A DNA stretch of 32,000 nucleotides from Pseudomonas aeruginosa (GTDB taxonomy: Bacteria; Pseudomonadota; Gammaproteobacteria; Pseudomonadales; Pseudomonadaceae): assembly GCF_001457615.1 (NCBI RefSeq), contig NZ_LN831024.1:5220001-5252000 (forward strand), written 5' to 3'. Positions 1 through 10,400 of the stretch are shown here, one piece after another (the first letter of the stretch is position 1; every line of letters begins with the position of its first letter). The notes under the pieces were generated by a model that made no database searches, had not been told where the DNA came from, and saw only the letters and a list, made by a program, of their open reading frames with translations. A program made the translations under genes and the position numbers.

Positions 1-261
1 GCCTTGCTGCTGCGGCCAGCCGGGCATGTCCCTGGCGCGGATATCGCGGGCGAACACCTTGTTGCCGCAGACCTTGGACAAGGCGTCGTTACGGAAACGG
101 ACCTGACCGTTGCCCGCCATCCAGCGCTGGGCGGAAACGGTCACCTGGTTCTCGAACAAGGCAGCGAACGCCTGGCTGCCGAGCGGCGCCAGGGTGACAC
201 CCACGCCGGCGATCAACCCGCCCTGGAGAAAGGCGCGCCGGGATATATCACGGTTGGACAT
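1..261 (-). CDS. Xanthine/aldehyde dehydrogenase-family molybdopterin-binding oxidoreductase subunit, 5' end only (truncated by window edge; PA4621-like)
   Basis: Reverse strand from ATG at 261 reads MSNRDISRRAFLQGGLIAGVGVTLAPLGSQAFAALFENQVTVSAQRWMAGNGQVRFRNDALSKVCGNKVFARDIRARDMPGW..., a twin-arginine signal followed by a typical molybdenum-subunit N-terminus. It is open to the window edge and absent from the supplied ORF list. Confidence 0.75.
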   Translation of the reverse strand, partial: MSNRDISRRAFLQGGLIAGVGVTLAPLGSQAFAALFENQVTVSAQRWMAGNGQVRFRNDALSKVCGNKVFARDIRARDMPGWPQQQG

Positions 262-571
262 GCAAGTTCCTCTGGGTGGTACGGTTCCCACCCATGTCGT
301 TATTCAGGCTTGAACAGCTCGTCCGGACGGACGAGGTGGAGCACGCAGGCGGAAAAACCTGACTCAGGAGTTAATTTTAGCGACAAGTCGCACCCGAGGA
401 AAAGTCCCGTCTACCGCTGGAAGGACCCATGGACACTCGACTTTGGTCGCCTGCCAGGCCGGCTCCAACCTTTTCGTGCGCTTCTCTGAATCTTCGATTT
501 CGGCAATGGCAACAGCCAAGAGGTAACCACATGTTACTCTCCGCCCTCCTCTCGAAACGCCCGACCCCAGC

Positions 572-1783
572 ATGTCCAGCCAACCCAGCTCCCTGCTCCG
601 CCATCGTCCCTTCCTCGCCTTCTGGCTGGCCCGCGTCTGCACCGCCAGCGGCTTCCAGATGCTCACCGTGGCCATCGGCTGGCACATCTACGAACTGACC
701 GGCAATGTCCTCGACCTGGGCCTGGTAGGCCTGGTCGAATTCCTCCCGCGGGTACTGTTCATGCTCCACACCGGGCATGTTGCCGACCGCTACGACCGAC
801 GCAGAATCGCCGCCCTCTGCCAGGCCGGCCAGGCCCTGGTGGCGGTGGCACTGGTGCTCGGCGCGGCTTCGGGAGAGATCACCCGCAACATGATCTTCGT
901 CCTCGCCTTCGCCCTCGGTACCGCCCGCGCCTTCGAAATGCCGACCACCCAGGCGCTGCTGCCGAACCTGGTACCGGCCGGGCTGTTCCCGCGCGCGGTG
1001 GCCGCTTCGGCTTCGGCGATGCAGGCGGCGACCATTGCCGCCCCGGCCCTCGGCGGCCTGCTCTATGCGTTCGGTGCCTCCTGGGTCTACGTGCCGACCG
1101 CGACTCTCTACGTCCTCGCGTGCGTCCTGACGCTCAGCCTGCCGGTACGCAACCAGCCGCTCACCCAGGGCAAGGCCACCCTCGACTCGCTGCTCGCCGG
1201 CATCCGTTTCATCCGCAGCCGACCGGACATCTTCGGGGCAATCTCCCTCGACCTGTTCGCCGTGCTCCTCGGCGGCGCCACCGCCCTGCTCCCGGTGTTC
1301 GCCAAGGACATCCTGCTCACCGGGCCCTGGGGCCTCGGCCTGCTGCGCTCGGCTCCAGCGGTGGGCGCCCTGGCGATGTCGTTCTGGCTGGCGCACTTCA
1401 GCATCGAACGCAACGTCGGGCGGATCATGTTCCTCTCCGTGGGCATCTTCGGCCTGGCAACCATCGCCTTCGGCCTGTCGAAATCGTTCTGGCTGTCCCT
1501 CGGCGTGCTGGTGGTACTCGGCGCCGCGGACATGGTCAGCATGGTCATCCGCGGCGCCTTCGTGCAGCTCGAAACCCCCGACGAGATGCGCGGCCGGGTC
1601 AGCGCGGTGAACGGCCTGTTCATCGGCGCCTCGAACCAGCTCGGCGAGTTCGAGTCCGGGCTCACCGCACACTGGTTCGGCACGGTACCGGCAGTGGTCC
1701 TTGGCGGGATCGGCACCCTGGTGGTCACCGGAGCGTGGATGAAGCTGTTCCCTAGCCTGGCGCAACGCGACCGCCTGCACTGA
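572..1783 (+). CDS. MFS transporter (PA4622-like)
   Basis: 403-aa ORF, hydrophobic, MFS signatures such as GHVADRYDRRRIAAL; good start context downstream of the divergent intergenic region. Confidence 0.9.
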   Translation: MSSQPSSLLRHRPFLAFWLARVCTASGFQMLTVAIGWHIYELTGNVLDLGLVGLVEFLPRVLFMLHTGHVADRYDRRRIAALCQAGQALVAVALVLGAASGEITRNMIFVLAFALGTARAFEMPTTQALLPNLVPAGLFPRAVAASASAMQAATIAAPALGGLLYAFGASWVYVPTATLYVLACVLTLSLPVRNQPLTQGKATLDSLLAGIRFIRSRPDIFGAISLDLFAVLLGGATALLPVFAKDILLTGPWGLGLLRSAPAVGALAMSFWLAHFSIERNVGRIMFLSVGIFGLATIAFGLSKSFWLSLGVLVVLGAADMVSMVIRGAFVQLETPDEMRGRVSAVNGLFIGASNQLGEFESGLTAHWFGTVPAVVLGGIGTLVVTGAWMKLFPSLAQRDRLH

Positions 1784-1828
1784 GGCCAATGCCGTCGCGC
1801 GCCGCTGCCCCGACAGCGGCGTATCGGC

Positions 1829-1849
1829 GATAACGCCTGGGGCGTTATC
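1829..1849. repeat. Intergenic palindrome gataacgcc-tgg-ggcgttatc
   Basis: Perfect 9-bp arms with 3-nt loop between convergent genes; resembles the GGATAACGC...GCGTTATCC intergenic element common in P. aeruginosa. Confidence 0.6.
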
Positions 1850-1888
1850 CGTCCTCCCCATGGAACACCGCACCTTCTCGGCAATAAG

Positions 1889-1914
1889 AAAGCCCGGCAT
1901 CGAGCCGGGCTTTT
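1889..1914. terminator. Bidirectional intrinsic terminator between convergent genes
   Basis: aaagcccggc-atcga-gccgggctttt, GC stem flanked by A run and T run. Confidence 0.85.
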
Positions 1915-1942
1915 CTCGCACCTTGCGGCGTGATCCGCGGTG

Positions 1943-2332
1943 TCAGGCGGGGCGCCGCATCTCCCGATGCAGGCGGTCGACGGTGCGCTCGCTACCGTTG
2001 TCGGCCAGGCGCAGATCGACGCGCCCCATGTCCTTGTGCAGACGGTCGACGGTCTGTTCGCTGCCGTTCTCGGCCAGGCGCGCCTCGCGGCTGGTCATGT
2101 CGCGGTGCAAGCGATCGATGGTCTGCTCGCTGCCGCTTTCGGCGACCCGGCGTTCTTCCTGGACGCGCGGCGCCTGGGTCTTGCGCAGGCGTTCGAGGGT
2201 ACGGTCGGAACCGTCGGAGGCGATCAGTTGTTGGGCACCGCGCAGGGCGATGGATTCGACCCGCGGTGCAGCGAAGGCGGCATTGGCGGTCAGGGTAGCA
2301 AGGGCGATGGCGAGGATCAGCGGGCGTTTCAT
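1943..2332 (-). CDS. Small secreted/periplasmic repeat protein (PA4623-like)
   Basis: 129-aa ORF with Sec-type signal (MKRPLILAIALATLTANAAFA), RBS-like tggag upstream, three near-identical 23-aa repeats and one divergent copy. Confidence 0.8.
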   Translation of the reverse strand: MKRPLILAIALATLTANAAFAAPRVESIALRGAQQLIASDGSDRTLERLRKTQAPRVQEERRVAESGSEQTIDRLHRDMTSREARLAENGSEQTVDRLHKDMGRVDLRLADNGSERTVDRLHREMRRPA

Positions 2333-2572
2333 GGCAGTGGCTCCAGGTATTCGTTACGTGGGGCCATTCTCTGTTCGGGAAACTCGATTGGAAAACGAAG
2401 CGCGCCAATAGTATTCATCGACGTTTGAAATAGTGCGAAGAACCGCTCTAGTACAGGAGTTACAGCAAGAATACGCCTCTCCGACCGGCCTTGGCACGGA
2501 TTGACGGCATCGATATGAAAAATCGAAGAAATCGAAAGTTTGAGAAGAACACTCGGAATTGAGCACGAACCT

Positions 2573-2625
2573 CCCTCTCCGCAGAACCGGAGAGGGGCTC
2601 CGTCAGCAGCCTCCGGAACGGAGGC
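2573..2625 (-). other. Two consecutive hairpins just downstream of cdrB, possible transcript 3' end structures
   Basis: gcctccg-gaa-cggaggc (2609-2625) and ccctctccg-cagaac-cggagaggg (2573-2596); no clear T run on the minus strand. Confidence 0.4.
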
Positions 2626-2634
2626 CGGCAGGGT

Positions 2635-4344
2635 TCAGAAGCGCGCCACCACGTTGAACAGGACCCGCGTCTCGCGCTTCCCATCACGCTGGTCGGCTGG
2701 CTCGCCGATGACCTGGCGGGCAATCTCCGGGTTGAACGACAACTGGTCGGTGAGGTTGAAGCGCACCCCGGCACCGATCGAGCCGAGCTTCTGCTGCTCG
2801 TCATCGTCCACGTCGAGGTTGTAGGTCTTGCCCCAGTCGTAGAAAGCGTAGGCCTGGTAGCTGCGCAGCCAGCTATAGCCCACCGCCTGGCCATAGCGCG
2901 GTTCGAGCTTCAGGGCGAAGCCACGGTCACCGGTGATGTTGCCCGGGGCGAAGCCGCGACCGATCCCGCTGCCGCCGACGCCGAAGCGCTCGCTCGGCAG
3001 CAACGGGTCGAAGCTGTACTGCCATTGCAACTCGCCATACACCGACCAGGGTCCGCCGAGCCCTTGCAGACGCCCGATGTTGCCGTTGAGATAGACGAAA
3101 CGTCCGTCGGCCACTTCGCGGGAACGACGTTCATCGTCCTTCTTGGTCGCGCCCCACATGTCCAGGCCGATGTTGTTGCGCACCTCCGCCAGGTTGATGC
3201 CCATCCAGCGGTCGACCCAGTCATAGGTCAGGCGTTGCTGGAACACCCGCACATGGTCACGACCGGGGTTCGAGGCGTCGCTGGCGAAGTCGCGCAGGCG
3301 GGTCTCGGTATCCTTCCACTGCAACGCCAGGCCGCCGCTCAGGTTCTGCGAGCGCGAGCGGATGAAGGGATGGTTGTAGGAAATGCTGCCTTCGGTGCTC
3401 TTGCTGACGCTGTCGAAGGGGAATACCGAGTCCGGGATGTCCGGGTTGACCTTCGAATAGGAACCCATGATCTGCAGGGTATCGCCGGCGAACATGCCAC
3501 CCAGCGGCAACGTGCCGCGCAACTGGATGTAGCGGGTGGCATCGCTGAACGGCGAGATCGCGCCGAGCACGTCGATCTGCTCGTAGAAGCCCAGGCGGGA
3601 GAACTCGGTGGCGCCGAAGGCCAGGGTGGTCGGGTCGGTGTAGTGCGAGCCGCGGTTGTCGAGGCTGACGAAGCCTTCGTATCGCTGCTGTTGCAAGGCC
3701 ACGTCGAGGTTCGACGAGCCCAGCGCCTGACCCGGGCTGAGCACGCTCTGCACGTTGACCCCCGGCAGGTCGCCGACCAGCAGCAGGCCGCGCTCCAGGG
3801 TATCGGCATCCAGCGGACGTTTTTCGGTCAGCGGCGCGAGCAGTTCCTCCACTCGCACCCGCGGCCCATCGACGGTTCCCTTGATCTGCACGTGTTCGAG
3901 GTAACCCTCGATCACCTGCAGGCGTACCTTGCCGCCCTCGATGCTCTGCTCCGGCACCACTACCTGGGTCAACAGGTAGCCGTCCTGGCGGTACTTGGCG
4001 GTGAGGCGGTTGGCCAGGTCGACCAGTTCGGCCAGGGACACCTGCTTGCCGAGCATATGCTGGTAATAGGACTCGAGCACCGCCTTGTCATAGCGGGTGT
4101 TGCCTTCGATGCGTATCTCGCGCAGTTCGAAGCGGATCTGTTCGCTGCCTTGCGGCGCGACCTGCTTGGGCACCACCAGCGGCGCCTCGGGCTTGGCTTG
4201 CGGCTCGCTGCGGGGCTTGAAGCGTTCATCGAGCTGGGATGGCTGTACAGTCCCTGGCAACTCCACGGCGGCGGCGGAAGCAGCCAGCATCCCGCAGCCA
4301 CAGAGCGTCACCCAGCGAAGCGTCCATTGCGAAGGTTTCATCAT
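2635..4344 (-). CDS. cdrB: Two-partner secretion outer-membrane transporter CdrB (PA4624-like)
   Basis: 569-aa ORF with signal peptide, POTRA-like N-terminal region and ShlB/FhaC-type C-terminus, directly downstream of cdrA. Confidence 0.93.
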   Translation of the reverse strand: MMKPSQWTLRWVTLCGCGMLAASAAAVELPGTVQPSQLDERFKPRSEPQAKPEAPLVVPKQVAPQGSEQIRFELREIRIEGNTRYDKAVLESYYQHMLGKQVSLAELVDLANRLTAKYRQDGYLLTQVVVPEQSIEGGKVRLQVIEGYLEHVQIKGTVDGPRVRVEELLAPLTEKRPLDADTLERGLLLVGDLPGVNVQSVLSPGQALGSSNLDVALQQQRYEGFVSLDNRGSHYTDPTTLAFGATEFSRLGFYEQIDVLGAISPFSDATRYIQLRGTLPLGGMFAGDTLQIMGSYSKVNPDIPDSVFPFDSVSKSTEGSISYNHPFIRSRSQNLSGGLALQWKDTETRLRDFASDASNPGRDHVRVFQQRLTYDWVDRWMGINLAEVRNNIGLDMWGATKKDDERRSREVADGRFVYLNGNIGRLQGLGGPWSVYGELQWQYSFDPLLPSERFGVGGSGIGRGFAPGNITGDRGFALKLEPRYGQAVGYSWLRSYQAYAFYDWGKTYNLDVDDDEQQKLGSIGAGVRFNLTDQLSFNPEIARQVIGEPADQRDGKRETRVLFNVVARF

Positions 4345-4403
4345 TCACCTCGGGCAGATGACGCACTACCGCCCGGAGACGATAGTGCGCATTGCGAAAA
4401 GGG

Positions 4404-7400
4404 TTAGAAATTCAGAGGCTTGTTGAAGCAGCTCCAGTAGTCGGCCAGGTAGCTCTGGTTCGAGCAACCCGCCCCACTCTCGGCCTCTGCCCTGAGCGGA
4501 CGATCGGTGAACTGCCCCACCCGCTTGGCACTGGCGTCCTCCGCCGGACCCGCGGCGGTAGCCGGCAGCAGGTTAGGATCGCTGACGTCCATGCCCAGAG
4601 CGTAGGCGCGCAGGAACGGGTTTTCGAGGAACGGGTTTTCCAGCGTGGTGGTGCGGTAGACCGCATCCCCGGGAGTATCCGGATCGCGCCCCTTCTGCAG
4701 TTCGCGCAAGTCGGAGAGCGCTGCCAGTTGCCCCAGGTCGCCCGGCGTGACCGGCAGCGGCAGGATGCTCAGCAGGTTGCCCTGGTAGTTGAGCTGGTAG
4801 TTGCCGCTGGTGAGGGCAAGCCCACCCTGGAGGATGTCGTACTGGCCTACGGCTTCGCCGCCCACCCGACCGAGCCCGCCGGCGAGCACCTGACCGGCGC
4901 TATCGCCATTCTTCAGGCCGGAAACCTGATAGGTCAGCGCCGGGTCGGCGGTGCCGACCTGCTTGCTCTTGGCATCGGCGAATACGTTGAGCAGCGCCTT
5001 GGTGATGGTCAGGTCATTGCCCTGGTAGGCCAGGTCATAGTTGCCACTGGTCAGCACCAGGCCGCCCTGGTTGATGCCATACACACCCACGTTCTCGCCT
5101 GCGTCGCGGTTCAGCCCGCCGGTCAGGATCGAGCCGGCGCTGTCACCGTTCTTCAGGCCGCTGACCTGGTAGGTCAGGCTCGGGTCAGCGTCGCCATAGA
5201 CCTTGGTCTTGCCGTCGGCGATCACATTGAGCAGCGCCTTGGTGATGGTCAGGTTGTTGCCCTGGTAAGCCAGGTCATAGTTACCGCTGACCAGGCCCAG
5301 TCCACCCTGGTTGATGCCGTACACGCCGACATTCTCGCCAGCCACGCGGCTCAGGCTGCCACCGTTGAGCACCGCGCCAGCGGTATCGCCGTTCTTCAGG
5401 CCACTGACCTGGTAGGTCAGGCTGGGATCGGCATCGCCGTAGACCTTGGTCTTGCCGTCGGCGATCACATTCAACAGTGCCTTGGTGATGGTCAGGTTGT
5501 TGCCCTGGTAGCTCAGATCGTAGTTGCCGCTGTTCAATGCCAGGTCGCCCTGGTTGATGCCATACACACCCACGTTCTCGCCTGCGGCGCGGTTCAGCCC
5601 GCCGGTCAGGATCGAACCGGCGCTGTCACCGTTCTTCAGGCCGCTGACCTGGTAGGTCAGGCTCGGGTCGGCATCGCCGTAGACCTTGGTCTTGGCATCG
5701 GCGATCACATTGAGCAGTGCCTTGGTGATGGTCAGGTTGTTGCCCTGGTAGCTCAGGTCGTAGTTACCGCTGTTCAATGCCAGGTCGCCCTGGTTGATGC
5801 CATACACACCCACGTTCTCGCCTGCGGCGCGGTTCAGCCCGCCGGTCAGGATCGAACCGGCGCTGTCGCCGTTCTTCAGGCCGCTGACCTGGTAGGTCAG
5901 GCTCGGATCGGCATCGCCGTAGACCTTGGTCTTGGCGTCGGCGATCACATTCAGCAGCGCCTTGGTGATGGTCAGGTTGTTGCCCTGGTAAGCCAGGTCA
6001 TAGTTACCGCTGACCAGACCCAGGCCACCCTGCTGAATCGCATAGTTGCCTACGTTTTCGCCGGAGACACGAACCAGGCCGCCGCCATTAAGCACCGCGC
6101 CAGCGGTATCGCCATTCTTCAGGCCGCTGACCTGGTAGGTCAGGCTCGGGTCGGCATCGCCGTAGACCTTGGTCTTGGCGTCGGCGATCACATTCAGCAG
6201 CGCCTTGGTGATGGTCAGGTTATTGCCCTGGTAGCTCAGGTCGTAGTTACCGCTGTTCAATGCCAGGTCGCCCTGGTTGATGCCATACACACCCACGTTC
6301 TCGCCTGCGGCGCGGTTCAGCCCGCCGGTCAGGATCGAACCGGCGCTGTCACCGTTCTTCAGGCCGCTGACCTGGTAGGTCAGGCTCGGGTCGGCATCGC
6401 CATAGACCTTGGTCTTGCCGTCGGCGATCACATTCAGCAGTGCCTTGGTGATGGTCAGGTTATTGCCCTGGTAAGCCAGGTCATAGTTACCGCTGACCAG
6501 ACCCAGACCACCCTGCTGAATCGCATAGTTGCCTACGTTTTCGCCGGAGACACGAACCAGGCCGCCGCCATTGAGCACCGCGCCAGCGGTATCGCCATTC
6601 TTCAGGCCGCTGACCTGGTAGGTCAGGCTCGGGTCGGCATCGCCATAGACCTTGGTCTTGGCGTCGGCGATCACATTCAGCAGCGCCTTGGTAATGGTCA
6701 GGTTGTTGCCCTGGTAGCTCAGATCGTAGTTGCCGCTGTTCAATGCCAGGTCGCCCTGGTTGATGCCGTACACGCCGACATTCTCGCCAGCCACGCGGCT
6801 CAGGCCGCCGCCATTGAGCACCGCGCCAGCGGTATCGCCATTCTTCAGGCCGCTGACCTGGTAGGTCAGGCTCGGGTCGGCATCGCCATAGACCTTGGTC
6901 TTGGCGTCGGCGATCACATTCAGCAGCGCCTTGGTGATGGTCAGGTTATTGCCCTGGTAGCTCAGGTCGTAGTTACCGCTGTTCAATGCCAGGTCGCCCT
7001 GGTTGATGCCGTACACGCCGACATTCTCGCCAGCCACGCGGCTCAGGCTGCCACCGTTGAGCACCGCGCCAGCGGTATCACCGTTCTTCAGGCCGCTGAC
7101 CTGGTAGGTCAGGCTCGGATCGGCATCGCCGTAGACCTTGGTCTTGGCGTCGGCGATCACATTCAGCAGCGCCTTGGTGATGGTCAGGTTGTTGCCCTGG
7201 TAAGCCAGGTCATAGTTACCGCTGACCAGACCCAGGCCACCCTGCTGAATCGCATAGTTGCCTACGTTTTCGCCGGAGACACGAACCAGGCCGCCGCCAT
7301 TGAGCACCGCGCCAGCGGTATCGCCATTCTTCAGGCCGCTGACCTGGTAGGTCAGGCTCGGGTCGGCATCGCCATAGACCTTGGTCTTGGCGTCGGCGAT

Positions 7401-10400
7401 CACATTCAGCAGCGCCTTGGTGATGGTCAGGTTGTTGCCCTGGTAGCTCAGATCGTAGTTGCCGCTGTTCAATGCCAGGTCGCCCTGGTTGATGCCGTAC
7501 ACGCCGACATTCTCGCCAGCCACGCGGCTCAGGCTGCCGCCGTTGAGCACCGCGCCAGCGGTATCGCCATTCTTCAGGCCGCTGACCTGGTAGGTCAGGC
7601 TCGGATCGGCATCGCCGTAGACCTTGGTCTTGGCATCGGCGATCACATTCAGCAGCGCCTTGGTGATGGTCAGGTTATTGCCCTGGTAGCTCAGGTCGTA
7701 GTTCGCGCTGAGCAGGCCCAGTCCACCCTGGTTGATGCCGTACACGCCGACATTCTCGCCAGCCACGCGGCTCAGGCTGCCGCCGTTGAGCACGGCACCG
7801 GCGGTGTCGCCGTTCTTCAGCCCGGACACCTGGTAGGTCAGTGCCGGATCGGCATCGCCATAGACCTTGGTCTTGGCATCGGCGATCACATTGAGCAGTG
7901 CCTTGGTGATGGTCAGGTTATTGCCCTGGTAGTTCAGGGTGTAATTGCTGCTGACCAGGCCCAGTCCACCCTGGTTGATGCCGTACACGCCGACGTTCTC
8001 GCCAGCCACGCGGCTCAGGCTGCCGCCGTTGAGCACGGCACCGGCGGTATCGCCGCGCTTGAGACCGGAGACCTGGTAGGTCAGCGCCGGATCCAGGTCG
8101 CCGTAGACCTTGGTCTTGGCATCGGCGATCACGTTCAGTTGTGCCGGGGTGATGCGCAGGTCGTTGCCGACGTAGCTGAGGGTGTAATTGGCCGTGTTGA
8201 GGCCCAGCCCGCCCTGGAGTATCCCGTAGTTGCCGACGTTCTCCCCGGCCACCCGGCCGAGGTTGCCGCTCAGCACGCCAGCGGCGGTATCGCTGTTCTT
8301 CAGGCCACTGACCTGGTAGGTGAGGGTCGGATCGGCGTCGCCATAGACCTTGGTCTTGGCGTCGGCGCTGACGATCAATTGCGCCGGCGTGACGGTCAGC
8401 TTGCCGTCCTGGCGCACCAGTTGGTAACGCTGGCTGAAATACTCGCTGCCATTGGCGTTACCGGTGATCGCGTACTGCCCGACATTCGACGCCTGGGTCG
8501 CCGTGGTGCTGGCGGTCGCCTGGTAGAGGTCGTTGAACTGACTGTTGACGTAGGCGTCGATGGCGTTGATGCCGGACATCGTGGCCGTCAGAGTCGGATT
8601 CACATCACCGTAGACGCGGGTAGCGTCATTGGCGGTCAGGGTGGCGGTCTGCTGGCGGGAAAGGATGTCGCCGGCAGTGGTGGTGGTCTTGAACATCTCC
8701 ACCTGGGCGCGCTCGGCGAAGCTGTTGAACGCTCCCTCGCGCATGAACAGGTCCAGGCGGGTATCGACGCGGCTGGTCTTGCCGCCGAGGCCGAAGATCA
8801 GTTCCTCGGTCAGGCCGGTGCCGACGTCGTACTGCAGCTCGTCGGTCACGCCGATCACGCCGCCGAAGCCCTTGACGCCCCAACTGGTGCCCCAGTTTCC
8901 GGTCCAGGTGGTGACGCTGCCGTTGCCGGCGGCGACGGTGAACCCGCTGGGCGCACCGCCGTTCGGGGTGGCGGTGACGTTGCTGCCGTTGACCTGGTAG
9001 CGCAGGTTGGTCACCAGGTAGTCCGACGAGTCGTTGGTCGGGAAACTGGCGGAACCGCTGACCCGCCGATAGGGCAGCGCGGTGAACACCAGGCGGTCGA
9101 ACTCGCTGTTGCCGTCGGCGGTCAGCGTGTAGTTGCCGGTGGTGCCGACGCTGTTGGCCTCGAGAATCCGCGTGCCGACGCTGGAGACGATGTTCTGCGC
9201 GGTGCCGGTCATGCTCTGGTTGATGAACGGATCGAACACCGTGCCGCTCGTGGTCACGCCGGTGGCGTTGCTCTGCCGGTACTTGAGCGTACCGTTGAAG
9301 GTCTGCAGCGCCAGGTTGCCGGCGTAGTTGTCCCAGGAAGCCAGGTCGATGCTACCAGCGCGGCCGGCGAGGTTGGCGGCGATCAATGCGGTACCGGCCT
9401 GCTGGCTGATCTTGCCGGCGGTGCTGGTCTGCATCCACAGGGTGCCGCTGCCCAGGTCGACGATGCCGCTGGTCTGCGGCGTGCCGCCGCTGAGGAAGCT
9501 GATGTTGCCGCCGGCGCGGATTGCCAGGCTGCCGTTGCGGAACAGGATCGGCGCAGAGATATCCACCGCACCGGCAGGTCCGGTGGCGATCAGCTCCAGG
9601 CCGCGACTGGCGCCGCCCAGGTTGCTGGTGATCAGCGGCGCTTCCACCGACAGCCGGTCGCTGGCGCTGAGGGTCACCTTGCCGCCTGCCAGCGCACCGG
9701 TAACCACCGAGGCATTCACCGTCGCGTCGCCGCTGGCGCCGTTGGCGCCCCCCACCGAGCCGGAGGTGCCGCCGGATGCGACGATGCGCAGGGTGGTCGG
9801 GTCGAGCAGCCAGGTGCCACCGTTGCCGTAGGGTGCGGCGACGCTGACGTAGGCGCTGTCGGCGATGCTCAGGTTGACCTTGCCGGAGGTCTCCACCAGG
9901 CCGCCGTTGCCGCCCTGGGCGCCGCCGCGCGCGAGGATCCGCCCGTCCATGCGGGTATTGCCGTCGGACCAGACCACCGCCAGGCCGCCATTGCCCTTGC
10001 CGGTAGCCGAGACGTCGATGCTGGCGCCCTTGGCCAGCGTAGCGTTCTTCGCTCGTGGCAACTCGCCGCGGCCCTGGAAGTCGCCGCCGATGCGCACGCT
10101 GCCGCCCTGTGCGGCGCCGCGGGCGTCGATGCTGGCGGTGCTCGCCAGGGCCACCTGCTGCCCGCTGACCAGCACGTCGCCGCCGCTCTTCGGACCGCTG
10201 ACGTCGATCTTGCCGGCGACCTGGATGTCCCCGGACTTGCTTACCAGCGCTACGCTGCCCTCGCGCACCTCGGTGCCGCGGGCGAGGATCACGCCGGACA
10301 GGTTGACCGCGTTGTCGACCACCCGGGAAGCCTGCTCGGCGGTGATCAGCACGCTACCGCCGTCGGCCTGGATCGCGCCGCCGTTGCTGACCAGCGCCTG

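Noticed and set aside
377-1921. 514-aa minus-strand ORF opposite the MFS transporter
   Set aside because: Shadow ORF from high GC3; composition rich in E, R, H, G, Q and no recognisable domain, while the plus strand encodes a clear MFS transporter.
4749-8381. CRISPR-like or mobile-element repeat interpretation of the regular 240-243 bp periodicity
   Set aside because: The repeats are contiguous, in-frame protein modules without spacers or transposase.
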